Part shown: piece by piece, positions 10,249 through 21,762 of the stretch
Layout: each line of letters begins with the position of its first letter
Numbering within the stretch: position 1 is the first letter of the stretch
Assembly: GCA_963816395.1 (NCBI GenBank)
Contig: CAWFKQ010000008.1
Span: 155,113-219,112 of the forward strand
DNA length: 64,000 bases
Reading direction: 5' to 3'
From: an uncultured delta proteobacterium
GTDB taxonomy: Bacteria; Desulfobacterota; Desulfuromonadia; Desulfuromonadales; JACZKF01
Translations under genes and position numbers: made by a program
Notes under the pieces: model-generated
What the model was told of the DNA's origin: nothing
Seen by the model: the letters and a program-made list of their open reading frames with translations, nothing else
Database searches by the model: none

Positions 10249-12909
10249 TTACTTTCCTGCCGGTCCCGTGACCACCTGGACCAGGTCGTCGGGGCGCAGC
10301 CATTTGGCGAAGGCGGCTTTCACCTGCCCGGCGGTCGTCTCCCGGTAGCGCCTGGCCGCGTGCTGCGGCTCATCGAGGGGCAGGTCCTTGCTTACCAGTT
10401 CCAGCCAGCCGCCGGCAATCCCGTCGAAGCTCGCCCGCGAGAGGGGGATCTGGCGGACCAGCAGAGTTTTCGCCTGCTGCAGTTCGCGCGGGGTGACATC
10501 GGTGGTCTGCATGGCGCGCAGATCCCGCTCGACCAGCGCCCGGGCGCGCTGGATGTTGCCCGGGTCGCAGGCATAGAAGACGGTAAAGACCGAGCGGGTC
10601 TTGCTCGCCTCCAGCATCGCCTCGACGGTATAGACCAGTCCCGTCTCCTCCCGCAGGTCGCGGTAGAGGCGGGTGGCGTAGAAGGCCCCGGCCAGCACGT
10701 GGCTGCCGAGCTGCAGGGGGTAATAGTCGGGATTGCTGCGGGTGAGGCCGAGGTTTTCGCCGAGAGTCACCTCGGCCTGCACCCGGCTGGGATCGGGGAC
10801 ATGCTGGGCGGAAGGGGGATTGACCGGGACCGGCGGCAGGTCGGTGGCCGGTTTCGGCCCCTTGGCCTGCCAGCCGCCGAAGTATTGTTCCATCTTCTGT
10901 TTCGCCTCTTCCGGGGTGATCCGGCCGATGATCACCACCGTCGTCAGGTCGGGGCGGAAAACCTGCTGGTAATACGATTTCACGTCGTCGAGGGTCAGTG
11001 CCGTCACCGTCTGCGGCGTCGCCTGGCGCAGGGTGGGATCGTGCTTCGGATAGATCCCCTTGAGCAGGGCCCGGCGGGCGAGATAGGCCGGGCTCTGCAG
11101 TTTGCCCGCCAGGGCGCCCGCCGTCTCCTGCCGGATGATCTGGAAAGCCTGCGGCGGCAATGCCGGATGCAGCAGGTTGTCGGCCAGCAGCTGCAGGCCG
11201 CGGTCGAAATGGTCGGTCAGCACCTGCAGGGAAAAGCTGGTCCCCGCCGATTCCTCAGCGGCGATTTCGTCGAGGGCCTGCTGAAATTGCAGCCGGTCCA
11301 GGGTGGTGGTCCCGTAGGAAAAAAGATCGCCCAGGATCAGATCCACCCCTTCCTTCCCCTTCGGCACCTGCAGGTCGGGCCGGTTTTTCACCTCGCCGTA
11401 AACGCTGATCGTCCCGCTGATTTCCGAGGGCTGGACGATCACCCGCAGCCCGTTGGCCAGGCGAAAATCCGCCGGCGACAGGACCGAAGGGGTGATTTCC
11501 GCCTCGGCCGCCCGCTGCGCCCAGGGCGGCAGCGGCGTCGGCTTGACCTCCTGCGGGCGCGAAGGACTCCTTGCCGCTGATCGGGCGGGCGACTGTCGGC
11601 TTGCCGACCGGCCGCGAGCTCAGGATGGCTTTGATCGCCGTGGCATTATCCAGGTACTGTTTCGCCACCCGGTTTACCGCCTCCGGGGTGACCCTGCGGA
11701 TCGCTTCGATGCTCTCCTCGGGCGAAGAACGTCCCTCGACGGCCAGGGCCTGAGACCAGAGCTGGGCCAGTCCCGGGATGGAGTTTCTGGCAAACTCGGC
11801 CTGGGCGACTTCCCGGCGTTTGGCCGCAGCCACCAGTTCGGCCGGCACGCCGTTCTGCCGGTAGGCGGCGATGATCGTCTGCAGCCGCTCGAGCAGCGCC
11901 TGGCCGTTCCCGCCCTGGGGATAGGCCGCCGTGGCGAAGCCGATCGCCGCCACCGGCGTCGGCTCGATATCGAAACCGGCGGACAGGGCCGCTCCCTCCG
12001 GCACCAGGGCATACAGGTCCCCTCGCTCGCTGTCCAGGACATCCGCCAGCACCTGGCCGGCGGCGAAATCGGGGCTGTCATAGCCGGGCAGCCGGTAGGC
12101 CAGCACGGCCATCCCGTAGGCCAGGTCGGTTTCCATGGTGATGGTCGTCGGCTGCAGGGGCTGCAGCTTGGCTTCCGGCCGGGGGGGACGGGGCGGGAGG
12201 GGATGCCCTCGAACAGCTGACGCACCTGCGCCAGGGCCTGCTCGGGATCGACGTCGCCGGCAATGATGAGGATGGCGTTGTTCGGTGCATACCATTTTTT
12301 ATAGAAATCCTGCAGCATCTCCCCGGTGGTCTTCTCGAAGGATGGCCGGGTGCCGAGAGCGTCGTGGGCATAGGGGGTGCCGGCATACATCTGGCGCAGC
12401 AGCCGGGAATAGAAGACGTACATGGGGTTGGACAGGTCCTGGGCGACTTCCTGCTCGATGGCGCCCCGTTCCTGCGCCCACAGGTTCTGACTGTCGAGAA
12501 TGCCGCGCATGCGGATCGCCTCGACGTGCAGGGCGATATCGAGATCCTCCTTGGGGACGGTGAAAAAATACTGAGTGACCGTCTGCTGGGTGTCGGCGTT
12601 GAAATCGCCCCCCAGGTCGGCGATCAGGGTGGCAAGCTGGTCCGCCGAGAGCCCCGGACTGCCGCGGAACATCATGTGTTCCTGGGCGTGGGCCGTCCCC
12701 GGAAAGCCTTCCGGGGTCTCGTTGGAGCCGGCCAGATAATTGACTTCGGTGGTGACCACCGGCGCCAGGTGGTCGGGCACGATCACCACCCGCAGGCCGT
12801 TCTTGAGGGTGGCCCGCAGCGCCTCTGCCCCGAGGCCCGGGCGGGGGAGAAAGGCAAGGGATAAGGCGGCGAACAGAAGTAGGCAGACGCTTCGCGGCAG
12901 GATACGCAT
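10249..12909 (-). CDS. Secreted M16 (pitrilysin/PqqL-like) zinc peptidase, frameshifted in two places
   Basis: Signal peptide; HAQEHMMFRGS (HxxEH); C-terminal half with RLYRDLREETGLVY; three consecutive frames join up. Confidence 0.85.
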
Positions 12910-13104
12910 GATTATTCTCCAGGAATGAACTGTAGAAAAACGGGAAGATCGGCCCGTCTTCTCCAGAGTCTAACAGAGCGCCCGGCAGCCGGAAGTTTTT
13001 TCCGTCCCGCGAGACGGTCCTGCGCCATTGCCTGCGCGGGCGAAACAATGCTAAAAAGGTAGGCGTCTGTTTCTGCCGAAACTCGCCCTCTCGGAGGTTG
13101 CCGT

Positions 13105-15374
13105 TTGCCGCGCCTGGAAATCAACATTGAAGGCATCGTCCAGGGGGTTGGTTTCCGTCCCTTCGTCTTTCAGCTCGCCCGCCGGCTGGGGATCGGCGGC
13201 TGGGTGCGCAACGACAGCCGGGGGGTGACCATCGAGGCGGAAGGGGAGGGGGCGGCGCTCGCCGCCTTCCTGCGCGCCCTGCATGACGAACTGCCGCCCC
13301 TTGCCGCCATCTCCCGCCTGGAGACGGCGGAGCTGCCGCCGCAGGGGGAGCCGGGATTCGCCATCCGCGCCAGCGACGGGGAACGGGAGAAGAAGGCGCA
13401 GATCTCCCCCGATACCTGGGTCTGCCCCGATTGTCTGGGCGAGCTCTTCGACCCCGCCGACCGCCGCTACCGCTATCCTTTCATCAACTGCACCAACTGC
13501 GGGCCGCGCTACACCATCGTCACCGCCATCCCCTACGACCGCCCTCACACCACCATGGCCGACTTTCCCATGTGCGCCGCCTGCCGGGCGGAATACGAGG
13601 ACCCGGCCTGCCGCCGCTTCCATGCCCAGCCCATCGCCTGCCCGCAGTGCGGGCCGCGCCTGGCGCTGCTCGACGGCGCCGGCCGGCCGCTGCCGGGTGA
13701 GGACCCGGTCGCCGCCGCCGTCCGCCTGCTGCAGCAGGGGGGGATCGTGGCGGTCAAGGGGCTGGGCGGCTATCACCTGGCGGTCGATGCCGCCAATAAT
13801 GAGGCGGTGGCGGAGCTGCGGCGGCGCAAGGCGCGCGACGAGAAGCCCTTCGCCCTGATGTCCGCCGGCGCTGGCCGAGGTGGAGCGCTACGCCCTGGTG
13901 GAGGAGACGGAGCGGCGCCTGCTGACCGGCCCGGAACGGCCGATCGTGCTGCTGCGGCAGCGGCCGGGGCACGGCCTCTCCCCCCTGATCGCTCCCCGCA
14001 ACCGCTACTTCGGGGTGATGCTCCCCTATACGCCGCTGCACTACCTGCTGCTGCGGGACACCTTCCTCGCCCTGGTGATGACCAGCGGCAACCTCTCCGA
14101 TGAGCCGATCGCCTTCGAGGACGCCGAGGCCGGCGAGCGCCTGCGCGGCATCGCCGACGCCTTCCTGGTGCACGACCGGCGCATCCACACCCGCACCGAC
14201 GATTCCATTGCCCGCGTCATGGCCGGCCGCCCGCTGCTGCTGCGCCGCTCCCGCGGGTACGTGCCGCGCAGCGTCCTGCTGCCGGCCGCCCGGCCGGCGG
14301 TGCTGGCGGTGGGGGCGGAGCTGAAGAATACGGTCTGCCTGACCCGGGACGACCGGGCCTATCTCAGCCAGCATATCGGCGATCTGAAGAACCTGGAGGT
14401 GTTCGACTCCTTCCGGCGCACCATCGGCCATCTCGAGGAGATTCTGGAGCTGCATCCGCAGGTCGTCGCCCATGACCTGCATCCCGATTATTTCTCCACC
14501 CGCTATGCGGAGGAGCTGCCGGGGGTGCGGCGGGTGGCGGTGCAGCACCACCACGCCCACCTGGCGAGCTGCCTGGCGGAAAACGGGGTGGCGGAGGAGA
14601 CGATCGGGGTGATCTTCGACGGCATCGGCCATGGCGCCGACGGCCATGCCTGGGGCGGTGAGTTCCTCCTCGGCGATCTCCGGGGCTATCGCCGCGCCGG
14701 CCATCTCGCCTACCTGCCGATGCCGGGGGGCGATGCCGCCACCCGCGAGCCGTGGCGCATGGCCTTCAGCTACCTGGTCCAGGCCTGCGGCGCCGAGCTG
14801 CCCCGGCTGCCGCTGGTGGAACAGACCGCCGAAGGCGACCGCCGGCTGCTGCTGCAGATGATCGAGAAGGGAATCAACTCGCCCCTCACTTCCAGCTGCG
14901 GCCGGCTGTTCGACGCCGTAGCGGCCCTCTGCGGGCTGCGGCGGCAGGTCAGCTACGAGGGGCAGGCGGCACTGGAGCTGGAGATGGCGATCGACGGAGA
15001 CGAGGAGGGGAGCTATCCCCTCGCCATCGAGGAGGCGGAGGGCATGCTGATCGTCCAGGCGGCGCCGCTGATCCGGGCGGTGGTCGCCGACCTGCAGCGG
15101 CAGGCGCCGGTCGGCGATCGTCAGCGCCCGTTTCCACAACGGCCTCGCCGGGATGATCGTCGAGGTCTGCCGGCGGCTGCGGGCGGCCGGCGGTCACGAT
15201 GCCGTGGCCCTCTCCGGCGGCGTCTTCCAGAACCGCTACCTGACCGAACGCACGGTGGGGCAGCTGCAGGCGAAGGGTTTCCGGGTGCTCACCCATTCCC
15301 TGGTGCCGCCCAACGACGGCGGCCTGGCCCTGGGGCAGGCGGCAGTGGCCGGAGCCCTGAGCATGGAGGGATGA
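13105..15374 (+). CDS. hypF: Hydrogenase maturation carbamoyltransferase HypF (frameshifts near 13870 and 15115)
   Basis: GIVQGVGFRPF acylphosphatase domain, CxxC zinc fingers (FINCTNCGPRY, FHAQPIACPQCGP), QHHHAH, SGGVFQN, PPNDGGLALGQ. Confidence 0.93.
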
Positions 15375-17096
15375 ACAGGCATGTCGACGGTGAAGGAAGT
15401 GCCAGCCGGCCGGTCCCGAGGCGGTGAAGATTCCTCCTGGTCGATGATGATATGATGATCCTGGCCCTTCTCGGCCGGCTGCTGCAGCGGGAGAATTTCC
15501 GGTCCTGACCGCCGGCTCGGGGCGCGAGGGGATAGAGCAGCTGCTTTCGGAGCCGGACATCGGGGTCATCATCTCCGACCTGAAGATGCCCGGGATGGGC
15601 GGCGCGGCCTTTCTGGAGCAGGCCAGGGAGCTCAATCCGCAGGCCCTGCGCATCATCCTCTCCGGTGAGCACGATCTGCCGGCGACCATGGAGGCGATCA
15701 ACCGCGGCGGCGCCAGTCTTTACATCGCCAAACCGTGGGACGAACAGCAGCTGCATCCTCACCGTGCGAGAGGCGGTCGGCAGGTTCCGCCTGCGCCGGG
15801 AAAATGAGCGGCTGCATCGAGACGGTCAACCGGCAGAATGAGGAACTGAAGCGCTGGAACTGCCGAGTTGAGGCAACCAGGTGCAGGAGCAGACCGGCCG
15901 CAAATCCGGCGGCAGAATGCCCTGCTGCAGGCGCGCAGCGACAGCCTGCAGAAACTCACCGACGAGTTCCACACCATCTTCAACGGCATCCCCGATTCCC
16001 TCCTGCTGCTGTCCCCCGATCTGAAGATCCTCTGGGCCAATCCGGGGGCGGCGCCGGCGCTTCGGCCGCCCGGCGGCGGAACTGGCCGGCCAGGGCTGCT
16101 ATCCGGCTGGTGCACGGCCGGCGACCAGCCGTGCCCGACTGTGTCCGGCGGTCCGCACCCTGGCCAGCGGCCGTACCGAAGACGGCACCGTTACCGCCCC
16201 GGACGGGCGGACCTGGGGGGTCAAGGTATTTCCGCTGCTGCGACCAGGCCGGCCGGCTGAGCGGCATCATCGAATGGGCCAGCGACATCACGGAGAAGAT
16301 CGTGCTGCGCGAGGAGGCCCGGCAGGCCAGCCGACTGGCCGCCCTCGGGGAGATGGCGCCGGGGTGGCGCACGAGATCAACAACCCGAAGGCGGTGCTTC
16401 TGCTCAACCTGCCGATCCTCCAGACCGCCTTCGCCGATGCTGCTGCCGCTGCTCGAGACTCCGCGGAGAGACAGGCCAGGTCACCCTGGCCGGCGTTCCC
16501 CTACGCCGAGATGCGGGAGGAATTGCCGGCTCTGCTCGCCGACTGCCTGGAGAGCGCCGGGCGCATCAAGCGCATTGTCGAGGACCTGAAGGATTTCGTG
16601 CGCAGCGAAAAAGAAGGTTTTTCGGAAACGGTCGATCTGCGCGAGGTGGCGGAGGCGGCGGTGCGCCTGGCCGGCGCGGCCATGCGCAAGGCGACCGGCC
16701 GCTTCCGCAGCCGATTACGGGGCCGAGGTCTCCGCCGGTGAATGGGCGGATTTCAGGCGCCTGGAGCAGGTGATTATCAATCTGCTCATGAACGCCTGTC
16801 AGGCCCTGCCGGACCGCGACCGGGAAATCGTCGTCGCAACCCGTTTCGATGCCGATCAGCGGCTGTGCATCGTCGAGGTGCATGACCAGGGGGTCGGCAT
16901 CCCCCCGGAGAACCTGCGCCGTATCCGGGAGCCGTTCTTCACCACCCGCCGCGAGCAGGGGGGGACCGGCCTCGGCCTTTCCGTGTCCAACCGTATCGTC
17001 AAGGAGCACGGCGGCCGGCTCGATTTCTTATCCCGGCCGGGGGAGGGAACGACCGCCCTGCTCTGCCTTCCCCCTCTGCTAGGAGAATCCCGGTGA
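15371..17096 (+). CDS. Receiver-PAS-histidine kinase (multiple frameshifts)
   Basis: LLVDDD/ISDLKMPGM receiver, PAS-like segment, GVAHEINNP H-box, IINLLMNA, DQGVGI, PFFTT and GTGLGL boxes. Confidence 0.75.
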
Positions 17097-18522
17097 TGAA
17101 TGAAGGACTCCAGCCGCAACGGCCGATTCTGCTGGTCGATGACGAAGCGCCCTTCCTGCGCAGCCTCTCTCTCACCCTGCGCAGCGCCGCCGGCTTCAAC
17201 CACCTGCTGCAGTGCGAAGACAGCCGGGAGGTCTCGGGACTGCTGGCCGGCCAGCCGGTGAGCCTGGTACTGCTCGACCTGACCATGCCGCACCTGTCGG
17301 GCGAGGAACTGCTGCCGCGCCTGGTCGGCGAGTACCCGGAGGTGCCGGTGATCATCCTCAGCGGCCTGAACCAGGTCGATACTGCCGTGCGCTGCATGCG
17401 CAGCGGGCGCCTTCGACTATTTCGTCAAGACCACCGAAACCGAGCGCCTGCTGGCCGGGGTGCGCCGCGCCCTGGCACCCTGGGGGATAAGCAGCGGGCC
17501 TATGGCGAATCTGAAGGCCCGTTTTTTTCAGGAGGACCTGGAGAAGCCGGAAGCCTTCGCCGGTATCGTCACCCGCAGCCGCAGAATGCAGGCCCTCTTC
17601 CGCTTCATCGAGGCGATCGGCGTCCAGCGCCGAGCCGGTGCTGATCGTCGGCGAGAGCGGCGTCGGCAAAGAGCTGATCGCCCGGGCCGTCCACCGCACC
17701 AGCCGCCCCGGTCAGCCGTGGGTGGCGGTCAACGTCGCCGGACTCGACGACACGGTTTTTTCCGATACCTTGTTCGGGCACCTGCGGGGCGCCTTTACCG
17801 GCGCCGACAAGCCTCGGTCCGGGGATGATCGAAAAGGCCGGCGGACGGCGTTCTGTTTCTCGACGAGATCGGCGATCTGGCGCCGGCTTCCCAGGTCAAG
17901 TTGCTGCGCCTGCTGCAGGAAGGGGAATATTTCCCCCTCGGCAGCGATGCCCCCCGCAAGAACCGGGCACGCATCGTCTGCGCCACCAATGCTTCCCTCG
18001 AAGAAAAAATGGCCGCCGGGCACGTTCCGCAAGGATCTCTATTACCGCCTGCTGACGCACCAAATTCGCATTCCGCCGCTGCGCGAGCGGCCCGAGGACC
18101 TGCCGGCTGCTGCTCGCCCATTTCCTGCGCCGAAGCGGCGCAGGCCATCGGCGGCCGGCGCCGGCGGTCTCCGGGGAGTTGATCGCCGGCCTGGCCGCCT
18201 ATCCCTTTCCGGGAAACGTCCGCGAACTGCGCGCCCTGGTTTTCGGCGCGGTGAGCGCCGAACGCGGGAATCCCCTTTCCCTGGAGGATTTCCGCCAGGC
18301 CGGGCTGCCGGCCGGCGACACGCACTGCCGCAGGCGGCCGCGCCGCGATGGTCGGGGAAACCTCCTTCCTCTTCCCCGAAGCGCTGCCGAATCTGGCGCA
18401 GATGGCGTAACCTGCTGGTCGCCGAGGCGATGCGCCGGGCCGGAGGCAACCGGACCCGGGCCGCCCGGCTTCTCGGCATCAGCCGGCAGGCCCTGAGCAA
18501 GCGGCTGAAAAAAATTTCCTGA
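17093..18522 (+). CDS. Sigma-54-dependent response regulator (NtrC family; frameshifts)
   Basis: Receiver domain, GESGVGKE Walker [23 protein letters not shown], Fis-type [12 protein letters not shown]. Confidence 0.85.
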
Positions 18523-18548
18523 ATTTTCCCTGCCTTCTCCGCTTCCCG

Positions 18549-18732
18549 GGCAAATTTGATTGCCTGCGCAACTCAGGTTGCGCCTTCGGATCGGATCAGA
18601 CCCGCCAGGGTTTTCCTGCGTGTCGGTTTGATTCCAGACGCAACCGTGGTTGCGCCCAGCGCTGCGAATATCTCCTTCTTTAAAATAAACGTCTAAAAAT
18701 CAGTAACTTATAGAGATGGCACTGCAGCTGCA
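18549..18732 (+). promoter_or_regulatory. Sigma-54 promoter with palindromic enhancer sites and IHF site
   Basis: GCGCAAC-TCAG-GTTGCGC (18566-18583), CGCAAC-CGTG-GTTGCG (18639-18654), weaker GGCAAATTTGATTGCC (18549-18564); AATCAGTAACTTA fits IHF WATCARN4TTR (18698-18710); TGGCAC-N5-CTGCA -24/-12 (18717-18732). Confidence 0.75.
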
Positions 18733-18801
18733 CTGCGGGGAAAGCAGATGCGTCCGGGAATCTGGACAGACGCATCGTGCGGAAAGCACAGGAGGTGCAG
18801 C

Positions 18802-19846
18802 ATGCGACGTATTATCAGGAATACTGACTTCACTCTGTCTGGCGACTGCCCTTGTCGGCGGCGGCGGTGGCTGCGGCGGCAGCGGTGATTCCGGGGAAGC
18901 GGCGGCAGCGGCACCCGGTCGGCAATGCCAGTCTCCACGTTATTACCGTCGGCGATCCCACCTACGAAGTCGTCATTCTCGGCAACCTGGGAAGCGAAAA
19001 CTGGGCGGTTGCCGTGAACGACGCGGGCCAGGTGACCGGGAATTATCAGGATGAGGAGGGGAAGGTGAACGTCTTTCTCTGGGACTCAGGAACCATGGTC
19101 GCCGCTGGTAGCCTTCGGCACAGGCGGCGGATATCAATGAGGCGGGGCAGGTTGCCGGCTGGCTGGAAACCGCTACAGGACCGAACGCTTTTCTGTACGA
19201 CGGCGAGCTATCCACCTGGCGACCGCGGCGGAATTCAGCAGGGCCTATGCGGTCAACGATGCCGGGGAGGTAGTGGGGCAGCGGCAGAGAGCGCAGAGGA
19301 GATTCCTTTTCTCCTGCAAGCCGGCCGCTTGCAGCTGCTGGCAGCGGGGTTCGACGGTTATGCCGCGAGGATCAACAACGCCGGCCAGATGATTCTGCAG
19401 GAGGTGCGGGAAGAGGGCTTCGGCGCCCTGCTCTGGGACCAGGGCGCGGATGACCGATCTCGGTTCTCTCGGCGGGCCGGATCTCTACGTTCGCGATCTG
19501 AATGAGGATGGGCAGGTGGTCGGCTGGGGCACCACGGAAAACGGGGAATATCACGCCTTTCTCTGGGAAGATGGACATCTGCACGATCTGGCGTCGGATC
19601 TCGGGGAGACCTTCTGCAGCGCCGTAGCCGATTGACGAGGACGGCAAGGTGCTGATCAAGGCAGCAGACCGTCAGAGGATATCGCAACTATCTGTGGCAC
19701 GCAGGGACAGGTGACCGATCTGGGGACCTTCGGGGCCAGCCGAGGCGGTGGTCGCCGATATGAACAACCGGGGGCAGATCGTCGGCTGGCTGAAAACGGC
19801 GGGGGGAGAGATACGCGCTTTTATAGCGACGCCGAAAAAACAGTGA
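18802..19846 (+). CDS. Probable lipoprotein with HAF extracellular repeats (heavily frameshifted)
   Basis: Hydrophobic leader ending GGCGG; repeated A-x-x-(V/I)N-D/E-x-GQ(V/I)xG and HAFLW...DLG units; GGAGG RBS. Confidence 0.65.
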
Positions 19847-19897
19847 GATAGGCAAGTAGTGAGGTAGTGAGTAGAAAACCGCTATCACTATCTCGTT
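19836..19897. repeat. Octamer-type (AGTGAGRT) short tandem/inverted repeat, copy 1
   Basis: AAAAACAGTGAGATAGGCAAGTAGTGAGGTAGTGAGTAG followed by a partial inverted arm CTATCACTATCTC. Confidence 0.6.
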
Positions 19898-19928
19898 TCA
19901 TTCTTGAGGAGAAAAAGGAGAAAACAAT

Positions 19929-20716
19929 ATGGAAGCAGCGGCACGCTATTATCCCCTCGCGGCGGAGGAAACGGGAATCGCTGCCGGGATGGCTCGGAAA
20001 AAGGTCCTGCTGGCCGATGATGCGGAACTTCTGCTCGATCTGGAGAAAAAGATCCTGGTCCGGGAGGGAGTGACGGTGCTGACTGCCGGCAATGGCCGCG
20101 AGGCCTTGGACCTGGTCAGGCGGGAGCGTCCCGACCTGGTCTTCCTCGATCTCGATATGCCGGTTATGGACGGTGACGAATGCTGCCGCCGGATCAGGGA
20201 GGACCCGACTGCTGAGGTCGACCCCGGTCGCCATGGTCAGCGACAGTCGTCGGGAGGATTCCCTGCTGCGCTGCCGCACGGCCGACTGCGATGCCATTCT
20301 CTACAAGCCGATCGACCGGCAGAAAATGGTCGAGGTCGCCCGCCACCATCTCGATTTTCCCTTTCGGAGGCGACAGCCGGGTGCCGGCACGGATGTGTAT
20401 CCATTATGGGACCGGCGGCCGGGCGATGCTGGCCGATTATACAGTGAACCTGAGCACCGGCGGGATGTTTTTGGAGACGGCAGCGGCCGCTGGCGGAGAA
20501 GTCCTTACTGCAGATCGCCTTCGAGCTGCCGGGCGGCTGTCGGCAGATTTACTGCAGGGGGCGGGTCGCCTGGGTGAATGCCGGCCAGAAACGCTGCGCC
20601 CCGCACCTGCCGCCGGGCATGGGGGTTCAGTTTCTCGATCTCGGCATGGCGGAGCTGAACGCCATCCGCGAATTCCTTCTCAGCCAGGAAATCCTGCCCG
20701 ACCTGGTAATCGTTAG
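19929..20716 (+). CDS. Response regulator with C-terminal PilZ domain (frameshifts)
   Basis: LLADD...FLDLDMPVMDG receiver; RRRQP and VNLSTGGMFL (NxSxxG) PilZ motifs; PPGMGVQF. Confidence 0.75.
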
Positions 20717-21762
20717 AGCAAAATGCCGGCCGGCAAGGCTTTCCCAGTCGCTGCGGGGGATGGAACAGAAAGACTCGGCCAACCTCCGGATCAAATTGTT
20801 TTCCCTGGTGCTGATCGATTTCCTCGAGCACCCTGGAGAAGGGGAGGGCGCGCCGGTAGGGGCGGTCCGAAGTGATGGCGTCGAGGGTATCGACCGCAGC
20901 GAAGATACGCGCTTCCAGAGGGATTTCCGCTCCCCGCAGGGCGTGCGGATAGCCGCTGCCGTCGAATCGCTCGTGATGGGCGAGGATGATTTCAGCGGCC
21001 TCGCCCAGAAAGGGGATGCCGGCGATGATGTCATGGCCGATCTGCGGGTGCTTGCGCATCTCCACCCACTCTTCTTTGGTCAGCGGCCCGGGTTTCAGCA
21101 GGATGCTGTCGGGAACTCCGATCTTTCCCAGGTCGTGCAGCAGGGCGGCTTTGCCCAGCGCGGCTACCCGGATTTCCGGGCAAATTCATGCGACCGGCCA
21201 GGTGCAGGGTGTAGGCTCGCACCCGCTCGGAATGGGCGCCGACTTCCTTCTCCCGGGCATCAGCGACCTGGCCAGGGCCAGCAGGGTGTGATCATAGGTG
21301 TGCCGCAGCTCTTCCAGGGCAGTACGTGATCTGCTGCGTCTGTTCCCGGACTCTTTCCTCCAGTTGCAGCTGGTAGTTGCGATTTTCAAGCCGCAGGCGG
21401 CGCTTCTCCAGAGCGTTGCGGACGCTGAGGATCAGCCGATCGACAGCGAAGGGTTTGACGAGGTAATCCTCGGCCCCCAGGCGCAGGCAGGCGAGAGCCG
21501 TCTCCAGGTCGTCGACCGCGGTGACCATGATCACTGCGACATCGGGACATAGCTCCCGCATTTTTTGCAGTAACTGCACGCCGGAGCGGCCCGGCATGTT
21601 GATGTCGATCAGCGCCAGGGCGATGCCGCCTTCCCGGAGAATGGCCATCGCCGCCTCGGCACTGCCGGCGGTCCGGCAGGCGAAGCCCTCCCGCGCGAAG
21701 ACCCGCCGCTGCATCTGCAGTACCATTGCCTCATCATCGACGATCAGGATCTGTTCCTTCAT
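20700..21762 (-). CDS. Response regulator with HD-GYP phosphodiesterase domain (frameshifts; 3' end approximate)
   Basis: Receiver (LIVDDE, DINMPG); LLHDLGKI; HHERFDGSGYP; DAITSDRPYR. Confidence 0.8.
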
